A stretch of DNA of 64,000 nt, taken from positions 62,001 through 126,000 of the forward strand of contig JAWMAR010001797.1 in the NCBI GenBank assembly GCA_036785375.1, written 5' to 3'. Numbering within the stretch: position 1 is the stretch's first letter; each line of letters opens with the position of its first letter. The position numbers and the translations under genes were made by a program. A model generated the notes under the pieces. It saw nothing but the letters and a program-made list of their open reading frames with translations. It made no database searches and was not told the DNA's origin. This stretch comes from Leucoraja ocellata (Eukaryota). Positions 22,268 to 33,580 of the stretch are shown here, piece by piece.

Positions 22268-24652
22268 ATGGCGTACCTACCGAGGTTTGCCGTCACTGCG
22301 TTTGCTTGCATATTTGCGATTTGTGCACCGGGACTAATCTCCGGGCAAATTCGTTATTCTATTCCCGAGGAAATGGAGCAAGGGGCATTTGTTGGGAATA
22401 TCGCTGTGGATTTGGGCCTGAGCGTACGGCAACTGTCAGCTCGCAAATTCCGGCTGAGCTCCGATGACGGAGGGCGGTACATGAAGGTTAGTTTGGAGAA
22501 TGGAATCATGTCTATTCGTGAAAGAATCGACCGGGAACGTATTTGTGGACAGAATGATCAATGTACTATACGTTTCGAAATTATACTGGAAAACCCTTTG
22601 GAGGTGTATGACGGCGATATGGAGATTCTTGATGTAAATGACAATTCCCCCACTTTTCCGCTAAGCAGCATTGCCTTGCAGATATTGGAAGCCAGTGTAT
22701 CCGGTGTACGTTTCCGACTCCAGGGCGCGGATGATCCCGACATTGGTACAAATACCGTGGCCGCCTATACAATCAGTTCCAATGAGCATTTTAGTCTAAA
22801 AACACAGAAATCCGAAGACGGTATTGTAATTGCCGAATTGCTGTTAGAGAAATCTTTGGACCGAGAGATGCAATCATCATTTCAACTCATGCTTACTGCG
22901 TTTGACGGTGGGACCCCTCAGAGATCAGCTACGACACAAGTTCTGATTACGGTATTCGACCAGAACGATAATCCACCTGTGTTCGACCATGATATTTACA
23001 GAAGCAGCGTAAGCGAGAACGCGGCGCGGGGTACGCTGGTGCTGAAAGTCCAAGCAAATGATTTGGACGAAGGACTGAATGCGGAGCTGACATATCGTTT
23101 CAATGATGTTGCTTTGCGAGGAGTGCAACATGTATTCAGTTTGGATCCACGCACTGGGGAGATTCTAGTTAAAGGGCCTCTAGACTTTGAAGAAGTAAAC
23201 AGCTATTCTCTCGATATTCAAGCCCAGGACCACGGTTCCCCTGCAATGACAGGACACTCCAAAATATTGATCAAAGTAATTGACGTGAACGATAATGCAC
23301 CTGAGATAAAGGTGACATCAGCTTCCAACAAAATCCAGGAAAATACTCCACCAGGAAGTTTTATATGTCTGATTAATGTGATGGATCGTGATTCTGGACC
23401 GAACGGCCAAGTACGTTGCGAGATACAAAAGAACGTCCCATTTCGACTGCAAAAGACATCAAACCACTATAAATTAGTCACCAGTGAAACGTTGGACCGT
23501 GAAGCGATCTCTGAGTATAACATTGTAATTTCAGCCTGGGACTTGGGGTCGCCTTCTCTAACATCAAATACAACCATCCATATTGCTATTTCGGACGTAA
23601 ATGACAATGCACCGCAATTCGCGGAGTCATCCTACAACGTATATGTAATGGAGAATAACGCTCCGGGTGTATCCATTTTCACAGTAACTGCAACAGATCA
23701 CGATCTGGATCAAAATTCCTATCTTTCCTACTACTTTCTCGATAATCATATCCAAAACATGCCAGTGTCCACTTACCTCTCCATTAATTCAATGAACGGT
23801 ACCATTTACGCGCTGCGATCCTTTGACTATGAGGAACTCAAGAACTTCCAGATCCATGTACAGGCCCGTGACGCCGGGGTGCCTCCGTTGAGCAGCAGCG
23901 TCACGGTGAATGTGATCATCCTGGATCAAAATGACAACGTGCCGGTAATTTTTTCACCTTCAGAACAGAGTGAATGGGCGGCAGTGGATACCGTACCCCG
24001 GTCAGCAGGTCAAGGGTACTTGGTCAGCAAGATAATGGCAACTGATGCAGATTCTGGTCAGAATGCACGGCTCTTTTATCAGATAGTGAGATCTACAGAG
24101 CCCGGGTTGTATAACATTGGACAACATTCCGGAGAAGTCCGAACAGCGCGCAATATTTTCCAGTCAGATACTGCTTTACAAACTCTAGTCATCTTGGTTA
24201 AGGACAATGGGCAGCCAAGCCTGTCCAGCACAGTTACAGTAAACATTAGAGTTTTAGGAAACAACACTGAAGGAATCAGCGAAAGCAGTACCTTGGTGAA
24301 GAATCCAGAATATTTCTCTGATCCAAACGTTTATTTAATCGTCATTTTCAGTTGCACTTCCGTGATATTTCTTCTGATCATCATTCTGTTGATTGGCATC
24401 AAGTGTAAACAGAACAGAAATATTATCCAAGAGTATAACTCCCCTAGTTATTGTTACAATCATGGGGTTTCGCACGGCACGTTTAATGGAAGACCAGCTA
24501 TGGAGGACACATTATGTTATCCTGGGACGGGCCGGGAAGTCCGGGGGGCAGAACTGAATCAATACTCAGTCTGTCTGTCTCCAGAGTCAGCGAAAAGCGA
24601 TTTTCTCTTCCTGAAGCCCCGCGACGCTCCCACCTCTCAAGCCCAAAGCTAA
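22268..24652 (+). CDS. Clustered-type protocadherin, unit 4 (794 aa, single exon)
   Basis: Intact ORF with signal peptide, six EC repeats, TM and CLSPESAKSDFLFLKP tail. Confidence 0.95.
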   Translation: MAYLPRFAVTAFACIFAICAPGLISGQIRYSIPEEMEQGAFVGNIAVDLGLSVRQLSARKFRLSSDDGGRYMKVSLENGIMSIRERIDRERICGQNDQCTIRFEIILENPLEVYDGDMEILDVNDNSPTFPLSSIALQILEASVSGVRFRLQGADDPDIGTNTVAAYTISSNEHFSLKTQKSEDGIVIAELLLEKSLDREMQSSFQLMLTAFDGGTPQRSATTQVLITVFDQNDNPPVFDHDIYRSSVSENAARGTLVLKVQANDLDEGLNAELTYRFNDVALRGVQHVFSLDPRTGEILVKGPLDFEEVNSYSLDIQAQDHGSPAMTGHSKILIKVIDVNDNAPEIKVTSASNKIQENTPPGSFICLINVMDRDSGPNGQVRCEIQKNVPFRLQKTSNHYKLVTSETLDREAISEYNIVISAWDLGSPSLTSNTTIHIAISDVNDNAPQFAESSYNVYVMENNAPGVSIFTVTATDHDLDQNSYLSYYFLDNHIQNMPVSTYLSINSMNGTIYALRSFDYEELKNFQIHVQARDAGVPPLSSSVTVNVIILDQNDNVPVIFSPSEQSEWAAVDTVPRSAGQGYLVSKIMATDADSGQNARLFYQIVRSTEPGLYNIGQHSGEVRTARNIFQSDTALQTLVILVKDNGQPSLSSTVTVNIRVLGNNTEGISESSTLVKNPEYFSDPNVYLIVIFSCTSVIFLLIIILLIGIKCKQNRNIIQEYNSPSYCYNHGVSHGTFNGRPAMEDTLCYPGTGREVRGAELNQYSVCLSPESAKSDFLFLKPRDAPTSQAQS

Positions 24653-24811
24653 ATAACACTGGTACGTAAATTGAAGAATGCCAATTTATATGCGGCCATT
24701 TTATTGCTGCTTGAGGATGTTAATCAGTGCCAGTGCATTGTTTAGAAAACTTACCCTTGTTGCATTGTTTTTCTCTGTCGCTTAAATGGGAGTACGGTTG
24801 TAATTGAAAAA

Positions 24812-24817
24812 AATAAA
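24812..24817 (+). terminator. Putative polyadenylation signal AATAAA, unit 4
   Basis: Positionally conserved among paralogs. Confidence 0.5.
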
Positions 24818-26571
24818 ACTGGAATGAAAACATCTTGAAATTGCAAATTTAATTTCTGAAGGCAGTCCTTCTGTTTGCCGCTGGATAATGTGCACAAACG
24901 TGTTGCCATTTAGTCAATCATAAATGATCTGGGTACATGGAACCACTTACTTAGCTGAAGTGTTAACATGTTGCGTTGAAGGGGTTATTGATTGCGTACC
25001 CATGCATTCTGGACGGATTGTTGCTAGTTCGTGGTACAACAAATATGAATGGAACTATAATAATAATCAATATATGAAGGAAATAATTAAGCTCATGTAT
25101 ATGAAATTCATGAAAGAAGTTGAAATTATGGGCACGACTGGCTGGAGGAACTCAGTGAGTCAGGCAGCACCCGTGGAGATAGACAGGCAGATGACGTTTG
25201 GTGTCGAGCCCATCAAGACCACCGGAAATTTGCCTTGTTGTTACAAATAGACGAGGGGAAGGCTTAGAGCAAACTATATCAAGTGGTAGTTGGATCCAGT
25301 TGAGGAGGGGATTTTTGGCAGTTGCTTGTTGTGGGGGAGAGCACAGGTTAGAGAGAACTGGCTGAATCTCCATTTTTAGATGAATCAAAATGCCTTGATG
25401 TCATCCTGATGCGGAATTAAAATGCACAGGGACGCCATCCATTGTAAAAATGAGGATTGGCAAAAAAAAAAGGAAGTTATTAAAATGGCAGCCGGCATGG
25501 GAAGAGGGACTGGAAACAGAGCACGTTGGGTTGCACATGCGGGGAACAGCAGCATTCTATGTTGAGGAACGGGCGCTGAGGAACAAGTAAAACCACTTTA
25601 GTTTGGATTTATTTGAACAAGTGAGGAACAGGTGAGTTTTAATGGAATAAATGTATTGTGTCTGAAAGGGAGGAGAAAAACGGGCGAAAGTAGTAGCAGG
25701 TGTAACCGTGCGGTTCAAATTGTGTTTTTGCTCTATGTAAGCTACTACAAACATGCCCAGTAATCAGGAAGGGATCGGTTCCCAACACCCCCCCCCCCCC
25801 CCCTCCCAGATGGAACAAGAACATGGTTTCCCATGTGTTATCTTCCACTCACAAACGTTCACATTCAATGCAAATTACCTCAATTTAAACACAACTCCGT
25901 CTGAGTGCAGATTCCCTTTCCCTGCCTGTTTAGCAGTTCAAAATGATCACTCATCCATCAGTCCCTAATATACTCATCTGACCGTACTGGCCACTCACCA
26001 TCCTTTGCCAGTTTCCAATGAAACCACAAAACGTGTAACTTTCGTTCTTTCACCAATTCCCTTCCAGCGTACAGAACGCCAAATTCTTCCCGGTGAAGCA
26101 GTGGCCTGCTTGCTCGTCCGTCAATATAATGTAAACATTTGGTCTTCCAACTGTGGTAACATTGTTTTGGAGACACTGAAAGATGGTTGTACCATTGCAT
26201 TGTAGCACACGTGGGTATAATCTGCATGAATTAAACAGGTTTTTCCCCGTTTGTTTAACATTTTTACTCTCAATTTCACGCTAGCTAATCTTTGTTTTTC
26301 TGATTTCCAGCACTGTTGGAACAAGGGGAAAGCAAAGGCGCACGTTTGAAAAATAGCGTGTCATCTTCCATATGGACACGCCACTCGTGTCTGTTATCAT
26401 TTCGGTTTAGCTTTGCACTCTTGTGTGCCGAGGTGTTGTTCATACATAGAAACAAACCATTCGTTACATCGAATCTCCGCCGACCATCATGTTTATCTGT
26501 ATTAATTCCACCCTTGCATTAATTCCGTATCCATCAATTCCCTACAAATTAAGTATCTTTTACATACTTAG

Positions 26572-27188
26572 CTGAAATATACACAAAAGCTGAATAACTC
26601 AGCGGGACAGGCAACATCTCTGGAGAGAAGGAATGGGTGCTGGGCGATCGTTTCGCTGAACACCTTCGCTCAGCCCGCCTGAACCTACCTGATCGCCCGC
26701 TTGCCAAACATTTAATTCTCCTTCCCTTTCGAACACAGACCTTACTGTCCTGGGTCTCCTCCATTGTCACAGTGAGGCTAAATGCAAACTGGAAGAGTAA
26801 CATATCATATTTTGCTTGGGCAACTTAAAGCACAGTGGTATGGATATTGATTTCTCTAACTTCAAGTAACCCCGACATTCCCTCGCTCTCTATCTTTCCC
26901 TACCGAAGTCGCACCAGCTTCTCGTTTTCACCCATCAAACAGCTAACAATTGTCTGTTGCCTTTATGATCGTTACTCTTTTGCAAATCTTTCATTCAGAT
27001 TGTTCTTCATCTCTCTACAGCATCGTCTACCTCTCGTTTCTCTTATCTCTAACAAGTCTGAAAAGGGATCTCGACACGAAGCGTCACCCATTCTTTGTCT
27101 CCAGAGATGTTGCCTGTCTCTCTGCGTTATTCCATGTTTTTGTGTCTATCGTCGGTTTAAACCAGCATCTGCAGTTCCTTCTTACACA
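26572..27188 (+). mobile_element. Penelope-like element 3' fragment (GIY-YIG C-terminus + pseudo-LTR, with inverted pLTR piece at 5' end)
   Basis: LGDRFAEHLRS...LPDRPLAKH peptide typical of Penelope GIY-YIG endonucleases. Bases 26580-26640 are an inverted copy of about 27085-27150. Confidence 0.75.
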
Positions 27189-28297
27189 CTTACCTGTTCC
27201 CGTCTCCACCACCTGAATTGTCATCTCAATCCGCATGCGACATTCCCTTGTTCTGAAATGATTAGCCACCCGGTCGACTTTAAAAGTACTCCTTCTGATC
27301 CTAAAACCCATCGTCTAGTTTTGGAGCGTCTTACATTTGGATATGTCTATTGGCCACCACCCTATCCGTGACGTTCGTGTTTGGGCCATAGCACCGCTCA
27401 GCTGTGTTCTATCCAGGGAATACAGTTCTGGCCTATACAATCTCCCCTCATGACATACCCACCCATCCTGGCAACGTTCTTTGGAGTGTGGCATGCTCCC
27501 ACTCTGGGTTAACCCAATCACTTACATATTGTGCTTACCAGACGTGCACCCAATAATTCAAATCCAGCCTAAGCAATATTTTATTCACCTACATTAGATC
27601 TCAACTCTTACAATCAGTACCACTGCTGAGGGAGGCAGCCATGCCATATGCATTTTTCACGATCCTGTCTACCACTTTTCACATTTTTAAAGAACAAATT
27701 GCTTTCACCCAAAATCCACAGCTGTTCAATGACCTGAACATGTCCACTGAAAAGGTAATTTTTAACGGTAAGTGTAGTACCAAGAGATTAGTGTTAACTG
27801 GGGCTCATTTTAAATGAGAACGAATCTGCGGATTAGTTAGTAATTCATTCATTTAGTTATAAATTGCATTATCAAAACCAATGGAAAAACTACTGAAAAA
27901 CGAACCAAAAAATCTCAAGTTAAATAAGAATCAAAAATCCACCAAAATTCCTGCGCAAAACCTCACACCGACACCTATTTTCCACGTTTCCTACGATATC
28001 GGTCGGGGTCTGATGTGTCATGTGCTTGTGAAGCTGCTGCAAGCAAGATTTACATTGCAGCAGTGGCTCTGCTTGCCGATGCATGCACGTGTCAATAAAC
28101 CTGGCTTGACCTGGGCGTGACGATGTACTTCTACAACAATCACTTTAAACAGGAAGTTGGTTCAACAATCGACCAATTGAAAGTATTATATTCAAGAACA
28201 CCCCCCTCTCGACTTTCGAAGTTAAATGGAAGAAAATTCCTTCTTCAAGCTACTTTTTAAAGAGGGCGTTTTACGGTTGCACATCATTAAATATATA

Positions 28298-28465
28298 GGA
28301 GAGCAGTACAGCTTTAAGAATTGCAGCTGCAGTTGCTGAAAAGAACTGGTCGTGTCGCTGTCTACCAATGAAAAGCTCAAGTACAGCGATGGATCCATTG
28401 TCCCTCCCATATCCGAGAATAAAAACGTCAGACACGTTTAGAGAGGCGAGCAGTGCCTGCGTTTT
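28298..28465 (+). promoter_or_regulatory. CSE-like promoter module, unit 5 (CGCT 28356-28359)
   Basis: Same conserved module. Confidence 0.8.
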
Positions 28466-28608
28466 GATTGACGAAACAGGAGGATAGATTTCCCGTCTGT
28501 TTCGATTCGGTATTGGGAATATATGTGCATTTTTATTTCGTGGTTTGACGATTCGCACGGATTACTCGAGGAGAGGCCCTGTGTTGGACTTTGACAGAGT
28601 GCGGAATA

Positions 28609-30981
28609 ATGGCGCACATACCGAGGTTTGCCCTCACAGCATTTGCTTGCATGTTTGTGATATGTGCACCGGGCCCAATCTCCGGGCAAATTCGTTATTC
28701 TATTCCCGAGGAAATGGTGCAAGGGGCATATGTTGGGAATATCGCTGTGGATTTGGGCCTGAATGTACGGGAACTGTCAGCTCGCAAATTCCGACTGAGC
28801 TCTGATGACGGAAGGCGGTACATGAAGGTCAGTTTGGACAATGGAATCATGTCTATTCGTGAAAAAATCGACCGGGAACGTATTTGTGGACAGAATGATA
28901 AATGCACTGTATATTTCGAAACAATACTGGAAAACCCGTTGGAGGTGTATCACGGGGAATTGGAGATTCTTGATGTAAATGACAATTCCCCCACATTCCC
29001 ACAGAGCAGCATTGCCTTGCAGATATCGGAAGCAAGTGCACCCGGTGTACGTTTCCGACTCGAGGGGGCGGATGATCCCGACATTGGTACAAATACCGTG
29101 GCCGCTTACACAATCAGTTCCAGTGAGCACTTCAGTCTAAAAACACAGAGAGCTGAAGACGGCATTGTGATTGCCGAGTTGCTGTTAGGGAAATCTTTGG
29201 ACCGAGAGCAGCAATCATCATTTCAACTCTTGCTTACGGCGACTGATGGTGGCACCCCACAGAGATCAGCCACAGCTCAGATTCTCATTACTGTATTCGA
29301 TAACAATGATAATCCACCTGTGTTCGATCATGATATTTACAGAGGCAGTGTAAGTGAGAACGCGCCGCGGGGTACGTTGGTGCTGAAAGTCAAAGCAAAT
29401 GATTTGGACGAAGGACTGAATTCGGAACTGACATATTGTTTTAGTGATATTTCTTTGTTAAGAGCGCGAAAATTATTCAGTTTAGACCCAGTCACTGGGG
29501 AGCTTCGAGTCAAAGGGTTTCTCGATTTTGAACAAGTAAACAGCTATTCTCTGGATATTCGAGCCCAGGACCACGGTTCCCCTGCAATGACAGGACACTC
29601 CAAAGTACTGATCAAAGTCACTGATGCGAATGACAACGCACCTGAGATAAAGGTACCATCACCTTGCAACAAAATCCCGGAAAATGCGCCACCAGGTAGT
29701 TTCATATGTCTGATTAATGTGATGGATCGTGATTCTGGAGCGAACGGTCAAGTACGTTGCGAGTTAAGACAAAAGAACGTCCCATTTCGACTGCAAAAGG
29801 TATCGAACAACTATAAATTAACCACGAGTGAAACGTTGGACCGTGAAGCCATCTCTGAGTATAACATTCTTATTTCAGCCTGGGACTTGGGGTCGCCGTC
29901 ACTCTCATCAAATACAACCATCCAGATTGCAATTTCGGACGTTAACGATAACGAACCACAATTCACAGAGTCATCCTACAACATATATATAATGGAGAAC
30001 AACGCTCCGGGTGCGTCCGTTTCCACAGTAACCGCAACAGATCCTGATCTGGATCAAAATTCCTATATTTCCTACTCCTTTCTCGATAACCATATCCAAA
30101 ACATGCCAATATCCACTTACCTCATTATCAATTCAATTAACGGTACCATTTACGCACTGCGTTCCTTTGATTATGAGGAACAAAAAAACTTCCAGATCCA
30201 TGTTCAAGCCCGTGACGCCGGGGTGCCTCCGTTGAGTAGCAGCGCCATGGTGAATGTGATCATCCTGGATCAAAATGACAACGCGCCGGTAATAGTTTCA
30301 CCTTCAGCAGCAGTGGATACCGTACCCCGGTCAGCGGGTCAAGGGTACTTGGTCAGCAAGATAATGGCAACTGATGCCGATTCTGGTCAGAACGCACGGC
30401 TCTTTTATCAGATAGTGAAATATACCGACCCCGGTTTGTACAACGTTGGACAACATTCCGGCGAAGTCAGAACAGCGCGCAATAGTTTGCAGTCGGATAC
30501 TGCTTTACAAACTCTAGTCATCTTGGTTAAGGACAATGGGCAGCCAAGCCTGTCCAGCACAGTTACAATGAACATTAGAGTTTTGGGAAACAGCACTGAA
30601 GGAATCAGCGAACTCAGTACCTTGGTGAAGAATCTAGAATATTTCTCTGATCCAAACGTTTATTTAATCGTCATTTTCAGTTGCACTTCCGTGGTCTTTC
30701 TTCTGGTCATCGTTCTGTTGATTGGTATCAAGTGTAAACAAGACAGAAATATTATCCAAGGGTATAACTCCACTAGTTATTGTTACAATCATGGGGTTAC
30801 GCACGGCACGTTTAATGGAAGACCAGCTATGGAGGAAACATTGTGTTATCCTGGGACGGGACGGGTAGTCCGGGGGGTAGAACTGAATCAATACTCAATC
30901 TGTCTGTCTCCAGAGTCAGCGAAAAGCGATTTTCTCTTCCTGAAGCCACGCGACGCACCCACCTCTCAAGCTCAAAGCTAA
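28609..30981 (+). CDS. Clustered-type protocadherin, unit 5 (790 aa, single exon; probable unit6/unit4 chimera)
   Basis: ATG at 28609. Intact six-EC/TM/tail architecture, with a 1-aa insertion (CELRQK) and a 5-aa deletion at the start of EC6. Confidence 0.95.
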   Translation: MAHIPRFALTAFACMFVICAPGPISGQIRYSIPEEMVQGAYVGNIAVDLGLNVRELSARKFRLSSDDGRRYMKVSLDNGIMSIREKIDRERICGQNDKCTVYFETILENPLEVYHGELEILDVNDNSPTFPQSSIALQISEASAPGVRFRLEGADDPDIGTNTVAAYTISSSEHFSLKTQRAEDGIVIAELLLGKSLDREQQSSFQLLLTATDGGTPQRSATAQILITVFDNNDNPPVFDHDIYRGSVSENAPRGTLVLKVKANDLDEGLNSELTYCFSDISLLRARKLFSLDPVTGELRVKGFLDFEQVNSYSLDIRAQDHGSPAMTGHSKVLIKVTDANDNAPEIKVPSPCNKIPENAPPGSFICLINVMDRDSGANGQVRCELRQKNVPFRLQKVSNNYKLTTSETLDREAISEYNILISAWDLGSPSLSSNTTIQIAISDVNDNEPQFTESSYNIYIMENNAPGASVSTVTATDPDLDQNSYISYSFLDNHIQNMPISTYLIINSINGTIYALRSFDYEEQKNFQIHVQARDAGVPPLSSSAMVNVIILDQNDNAPVIVSPSAAVDTVPRSAGQGYLVSKIMATDADSGQNARLFYQIVKYTDPGLYNVGQHSGEVRTARNSLQSDTALQTLVILVKDNGQPSLSSTVTMNIRVLGNSTEGISELSTLVKNLEYFSDPNVYLIVIFSCTSVVFLLVIVLLIGIKCKQDRNIIQGYNSTSYCYNHGVTHGTFNGRPAMEETLCYPGTGRVVRGVELNQYSICLSPESAKSDFLFLKPRDAPTSQAQS

Positions 30982-31173
30982 ATAACACTGGTACGTAGAT
31001 TGAAGAATCCCATTTAGTATGCGGCCATTTAATTGCTGCTGGGGGGTAGGGGAGGAGGGGGGGGGGGGGGAGGGGGGGGGGGGTGAATTAGTGCGAGTGC
31101 ATTGTTTAGAAAACTTACCCTTGTTGCATTTTTTCTCTGTCGCTTAAATGGGAGTACGGTTGTAATTGAAAAA

Positions 31174-31179
31174 AATAAA
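31174..31179 (+). terminator. Putative polyadenylation signal AATAAA, unit 5
   Basis: Positionally conserved among paralogs. Confidence 0.5.
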
Positions 31180-32960
31180 ATAAAACTGCAATGAAAACAT
31201 CTTGAAATTGCAAATTTTATTTCTGAAGGCAGTCCTTCTGCTTGTCATTGGATAATGTGCACAAACGTTTTGCCATTTAGTCAATCACTTAAATGATCTG
31301 GATACCTGGATCCACTTACTTAGCTGAAGTGCTAACATGCGAAAGTTGCGTTGAAGCGTTTATTGACTCCGTATCCATGCATTCTGGAAGTATTGTTGAT
31401 AGTTCGTGGTACAACAAATATGCATGGCACTTTAATAATAATCAACATATGAAGGAAATAATTAAGCTCATTTATATGAAATTCATGAAATAAGTTGAAA
31501 TTATGAGCACGATTGACTGGAGGAACTCAGTGAGTCAGGCAGCACCCGTGGATTGAAAGGCAGATGACGTTTGGTGTCGAGCCCATCATGACCACAGGAA
31601 AGTTGCATTGTTGTTAGAAATGGACGAGGGGAAGGCTTAGAGCAAACTATATCAAGTGGTAGTTGGATCCAGGTGAGGAGGGGATTTTTGGCAGTTGCTT
31701 CTTGTGGAGGATAGCACAGGCTGAGTCTCCATTTTTAGATGAATCATAAAGCTTTGATGTCATCCTGATGCGGAATAAAAATGCAAAGCGACGTCATCCA
31801 TTGTAAAAATGAGGATTGGCAAAAAAAAGTAAGTTATTAAAATGGTGGAGAGCACGGGAAGAGGGACTGGAAACACAGCGCACGTTGGGCTGCACATGCG
31901 GGGAACAGCAGCATTCTATGTTGAGGAACGGGCAGTTTGGCGTGCTGAGGAACAAGTAAAACCACTTTAGTTTGCATTTAATTGAACAGGTGAGGACCAG
32001 GTGAGTATTAATGGAATAAATGTATTGTGTCTGAAAGGGAGGAGAAAAACGAGCGAAAGCAGTAGGAGGTGTGACCGTGCGGTTTAAATTGTGTTTTTGC
32101 TCTACGTAAGCTACTACGCGCCCGGAAATCAGGAAGGGATCGGTTCCCAACATCTCACTACCCACCCCCTCTGGATGGAACAAGAACATGGTTTCCCCAT
32201 GTGTTATCTTCCACTCACAAACGTTCACATTCAATGCAAATTACCTCAATTCAAACAAAATTCCGTCACTGTGTACAGATTCCCCTTCCCTGCCTGTTTA
32301 ACAATTCAAAAGTACCACTCATCCACCAGTCTCTATTCTAGTCATCCGACCTTACCGGCCATTCACCATTCTTTGGCAGTTTCCTATGAAACCACAAAAC
32401 GTGTAACTTTCGTTCTTTTACCAATTCCCTTCCAGCGTAAAGGACGGCAAATTCTTTCGGGTGAAGCAGTGACCTGCTTGCTCTTCCGTCAATATAATGT
32501 AAACATTTGGTCTTCCCACTGTGGTAACACTGTTTTGGAGACACTGAAAGATGGTTGTAACATTGCATTGCAGCACACGTGCGTACAATCTGCAGGAATT
32601 AAGCAGTTTTTTCCCCGTTTGTTTAACATTTTCATTTACAATTTCACGCTAGCTAATCTTTTTTTTCTCTGATTTCCAGCACGATTGGAACAAGGGTAAA
32701 GCAAAGGCGCACGTTTCAAAAATAGCGTCTCATCTTCCATACGGACAAGCCACTGTTGTATGTTATCATTTCGGTTTAGTCTTGCGCTCTTGTGTGCCGA
32801 GCTGTTGTGTGCCGAGGTGTTGGGCATATAAACAAACCATTCGTTACATCGCATCTACGCCGACCATCGTGCTTATCTGTATTAATTCACCCTTGCATTA
32901 ATTCCGTATCCATCAATTCCCTATGTATTCACCTTCCCATTAAGTACTTTTTACATACTT

Positions 32961-33580
32961 AGCTGAAATAGACACAAAAAGCTGGGGTAACTCAGCGGGA
33001 CAGGTATCATCTCTGGAAAAAAAGGAATGGGTGCTGAGCGATCGTTTCGCTGAACACCTTCGCTCAGTCCGCCTGAACCTACCTGATCGCCAGTTTGCTA
33101 AACACTTTAATTCTCCTTCCCTTTCGCACTCAGACCTTTCTCTCCTAGGCCTCATCCATTGTCAGAGTGAGGCTAAACGTAAATTGGTAGAGTAACATCT
33201 CATATCTTGCTTGGGCAGCTTACAGCACAGTGGTATGAATATTGATTTCTCTAACTTCAAGTAACGCCGGCATTCCCTCTCTCTCTATCCCTCCCCACCC
33301 AAGTCGCACAAGCTTCTCGTTTTCACCCACCAAACAGCTAACCACGGCCTGTTGCCTTTATGATCGTTACTTTTGCAAATCTTGCATTCATTGTTCTTCA
33401 TCTCTCTACATCGTCGTCTACCTCTCTCGTTGTCCTTATCCCTAACAAGTCTCAAAGGGGATCTCGACATGAAACGCCACCCATTCTTATCTCCAGAGAT
33501 GTTGCCTGTCTCTCTGCGTTATTCCATATTTGTGTGTCTATCTTCGGATTACACCAGCATCTGCCGTTCCTTCTTACACA
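32961..33580 (+). mobile_element. Paralogous copy of the same Penelope-like insertion
   Basis: Same structure and same insertion site (TTTTACATACTTA) as 26572-27188. Confidence 0.75.

Noticed and set aside
24656-24670. CTG|GTACGT donor-like site after the stop in units 4 and 5
   Set aside because: It lies 3' of the stop codon and is absent in other units, so it cannot join the ORF to constant exons.
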